Shown: in pieces, positions 17,928 to 20,541 of the stretch
Layout: every line of letters starts with the position of its first letter
Numbering within the stretch: the first letter of the stretch is position 1
DNA from: Candidatus Aenigmatarchaeota archaeon
GTDB taxonomy: Archaea; Aenigmatarchaeota; Aenigmatarchaeia; QMZP01; QMZT01
DNA: 20,541 nucleotides
Assembly (NCBI GenBank): GCA_043808015.1
Contig: JAZDFI010000003.1
Coordinates: 1 to 20,541, forward strand
Reading direction: 5' to 3'
The notes under the pieces: generated by a model
Seen by the model: only the letters and a program-made list of their open reading frames with translations
Told to the model about the DNA's origin: nothing
The model's database searches: none
Translations under genes and position numbers: made by a program

Positions 17928-20396
17928 ATGGGTAGGGTGGAATTCTGCCTTTTTGACGTAGATTACGTAATCGAGAACGGCGAGCCCGTCACGCGCCTCT
18001 GGGGCAAAACGAAGAGCGGCAAAACCGTCCTCGCGCTCGACCGCAAATTCAGGCCTTATTTTTATCTGGAGCTCGACGAGAAGCACATCGAGAATTTCAA
18101 CCTGAGCCTGTTCAGGGAGAAGCTCGCCGCCATAAAGGATTACGGCAGCGCCTTCATAGGAGCCGAGACCGTCGAGCGGCTGCTGCTCGGCGAACCGAAA
18201 AAGTTCGTCAAGGTGACCGTCAAAGCGCCCGGCGACGTGAACGAGGTTCGAAGGGCAGCGGAGCACTGGCACGAGATAAAGAAGCCCTACGAATACGACA
18301 TCCCGTTCTACAGGCGATACATGATTGACAAGGACCTCGTTCCAACGGGCTGGGCTGTCGCGACCGGCGAGATGAAAGAAGGCGAACTCGACGTAGTGGA
18401 GCTCGAAAGCGTTCATAAGACAGATGGTAATACGCACAAACTTGCGACGCTCGCGATAGACATAGAGACGTACGGAGAAGAAATAATCATGATATCGCTT
18501 TACAACCATTCTTACAAAAAGGTCCTGACGCACGGCTGGTCAGTCGCTAGCGAACACGTGGAAATCATGGAAGATGAGAAGGCGATGCTGCAACGACTAG
18601 TGGCAGTCATCGCAGAGAAGGATCCGGACGTGATAGTCACGTACAACGGCGACCTTTTCGACTGGGTGAAGATAAAGGAGCGCGCGGATAAACTGAAGGT
18701 ATCGCTAGCGATTGGAAGAGATGGAAAAGCGATTGAATTCGTGAAGCGCGGCCGGATGTTTTCGGCTTCGATAAACGGGCGCTTGCATCTCGACTTATAC
18801 ACGTTCATAGAGAACATACTGGCGGACTCGCTGCAGTCGGAGACGTTCACGCTTGATATGGTTTCCAAGGAGCTGCTCGGAGAGGGCAAGGAAGCGCTCG
18901 AATGGAAGGATATGGAAAAGATGTGGGAGGAAAAGCGTGACATTACGACTGTCGCTGATTACTGTCTCAAGGATTCCGAACTGACTCTGCATCTCGCGGA
19001 CAGGCTAATGCCCCAGATATTCGAGCTCTCGAAACTCGTCGGGCAGACGCCTTTCGATACGTCACGCATGACTTATTCGCAACTGGTCGAATGGCTGTTC
19101 ATACGGAAGGCATTCGAGAAGAATGAGACAGCCCTCAATCGTCCGGAGCAGTCCGAGATTGACAAACGGCGCGAAGCGAGCCCGTACGTCGGCGGCTACG
19201 TCCTGCTGCCGGAACCCGGCATACATGAAGACATAGCGCTGTTCGACTTCGCGAGCCTTTACCCCACGACTGTCATCACGCACAACATCTCGCCCGAGAC
19301 GCTCGACAAGGGCGACGGTGCGGAGAACAAGGTGCCGGACAGCGACCATTACTTCTCGACGAAGAAAAAGGGCTTCATACCGGAAATACTCGAAGATGTG
19401 GTAAAGAAGAGAGTGGCGCTGAAAAAAGAGATGGAATTTCTGGACACGGCGTCGAAGCGGTACAAGGACCTTTACAGCATGCAATACGCCCTCAAGATAA
19501 TAGCCAACGCCAGCTACGGCTATTACGCCTACGCGGGTTCGCGCTGGTATTCGAGGATTTGCGCCATGGCCATCGCCGCTTTCGGTCGCTACTACATACA
19601 GAAGGTCATAAACTTCGCGAAGGAACAGGGCCTTAACGTCATTTACGGCGACACTGATTCGCTGTTCATTTCGAAGTGCACCGAGAAGCGGGCGGCCAAG
19701 TTCCTGAAAGACGTCAACGACACGTTACCGGGAGTCATGGAGCTCGATTTCGACGCCATGTATGTTTCAGGCATCTTCGTCCCTGCCAAGAGCGGCGTGA
19801 CGGCGAAGAAGCGCTACGCATTGTTAGGGAAGGATGGCAACATAACGATACGCGGTTTCGAGAAAGTCCGCCGCGACTGGTGCAAGATATCGAAAGACAC
19901 GCAGGAGAAAATACTGTTCGCGATTCTGAGGGACAGGGACGAGAACAAGGCGATTGCGCTCGTCCGCGACGTCGTGGCCAAAATCAACAAGGGCGACATC
20001 GACGCGAAAGAGCTGGTGATATACACGCAGCTGTCGCGCCCGCTGGAAGCGTATGAGCAGATAGGCCCGCACGTCGCCGCGGCAAGGAAATACGCGGCGC
20101 GAGGCCACGTCGTCAAGGAGGGCTCTGTAATCGGCTACATAATCACACGTGGCGACGGCTCGATATCAAACCGTGCCGAACCGTTCGAATACGCGCAGAA
20201 CTACGACCCCGACTATTACATAAACAACCAGGTACTGCCGGCGGCCATGCGAATTCTTTACGGTCTCGGGTTCTCAGAAGACGACGTGCTTGGCGGCACG
20301 GGCGACGACGAGAGCCAGCGCTCGCTCAACATGTTCATGAAGAAGTCAATGAAGCGCAAGCTCAAGGAAAAGTTCGAGAAGTTCAAGAGCGACTGA
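17928..20396 (+). CDS. polB: Archaeal family B DNA polymerase with 3'-5' exonuclease, no intein
   Basis: Exo motifs DIET, YNGDLFD, YCLKD; polymerase motifs DFASLYP, KIIANASYGY, YGDTDS, KKRY; N-terminal DY/PYFY/EYDIPF; C-terminal PIP-like QRSLNMF. Confidence 0.96.
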   Translation: MGRVEFCLFDVDYVIENGEPVTRLWGKTKSGKTVLALDRKFRPYFYLELDEKHIENFNLSLFREKLAAIKDYGSAFIGAETVERLLLGEPKKFVKVTVKAPGDVNEVRRAAEHWHEIKKPYEYDIPFYRRYMIDKDLVPTGWAVATGEMKEGELDVVELESVHKTDGNTHKLATLAIDIETYGEEIIMISLYNHSYKKVLTHGWSVASEHVEIMEDEKAMLQRLVAVIAEKDPDVIVTYNGDLFDWVKIKERADKLKVSLAIGRDGKAIEFVKRGRMFSASINGRLHLDLYTFIENILADSLQSETFTLDMVSKELLGEGKEALEWKDMEKMWEEKRDITTVADYCLKDSELTLHLADRLMPQIFELSKLVGQTPFDTSRMTYSQLVEWLFIRKAFEKNETALNRPEQSEIDKRREASPYVGGYVLLPEPGIHEDIALFDFASLYPTTVITHNISPETLDKGDGAENKVPDSDHYFSTKKKGFIPEILEDVVKKRVALKKEMEFLDTASKRYKDLYSMQYALKIIANASYGYYAYAGSRWYSRICAMAIAAFGRYYIQKVINFAKEQGLNVIYGDTDSLFISKCTEKRAAKFLKDVNDTLPGVMELDFDAMYVSGIFVPAKSGVTAKKRYALLGKDGNITIRGFEKVRRDWCKISKDTQEKILFAILRDRDENKAIALVRDVVAKINKGDIDAKELVIYTQLSRPLEAYEQIGPHVAAARKYAARGHVVKEGSVIGYIITRGDGSISNRAEPFEYAQNYDPDYYINNQVLPAAMRILYGLGFSEDDVLGGTGDDESQRSLNMFMKKSMKRKLKEKFEKFKSD

Positions 20397-20540
20397 CTAC
20401 AGCGCCTTCTCCATGAGGATTCTGGTGTCCTTGTACTTCAGCTTCTTGTACAGCTTGTGGGCGGGGCAGTTCGTGCCCGTGACCATTATCTCCATCTTCT
20501 TCGCGCCTTTCATTTTCAGGTATTTTTCGGCGTCTTTGAC
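20397..20540 (-). CDS. GNAT-family N-acetyltransferase, C-terminal fragment (truncated by window edge)
   Basis: Hand translation gives VKDAEKYLKMKGAKKMEIMVTGTNCPAHKLYKKLKYKDTRILMEKAL*, matching GNAT motif B (N.PA..LY.KL.Y). Not in the supplied ORF track. Confidence 0.75.
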   Translation of the reverse strand, partial: VKDAEKYLKMKGAKKMEIMVTGTNCPAHKLYKKLKYKDTRILMEKAL

Positions 20541-20541
20541 C

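Overview
Gene-dense archaeal window, judged from Nop5, fibrillarin, family B DNA polymerase, archaeal-type IleRS and TATA boxes about 25 nt before start codons. A DPANN-like lineage is an inference only. Gene order: ileS 3' end, small membrane protein, DHH/DHHA1 phosphoesterase, orphan membrane-anchored protein, transglutaminase-like protein, nop5, Trp-rich hypothetical, YkuD-type L,D-transpeptidase, then a minus-strand run (speD, speE, pdaD, speB, fibrillarin), MgtC, a cation/Ca2+ exchanger, an AdoMetDC-aminopropyltransferase fusion, gyrB-gyrA, polB and the 3' end of a GNAT gene. Most notable: (1) a polyamine cluster with two AdoMet decarboxylases and two aminopropyltransferases, one fused pair resembling animal spermine synthase; (2) overlapping short uORFs in the speD leader; (3) a peptidoglycan-type L,D-transpeptidase in an archaeon; (4) a 22-bp pure-AT palindrome upstream of the gyrase operon. 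All family assignments come from motifs recognised by eye; no database searches were run.
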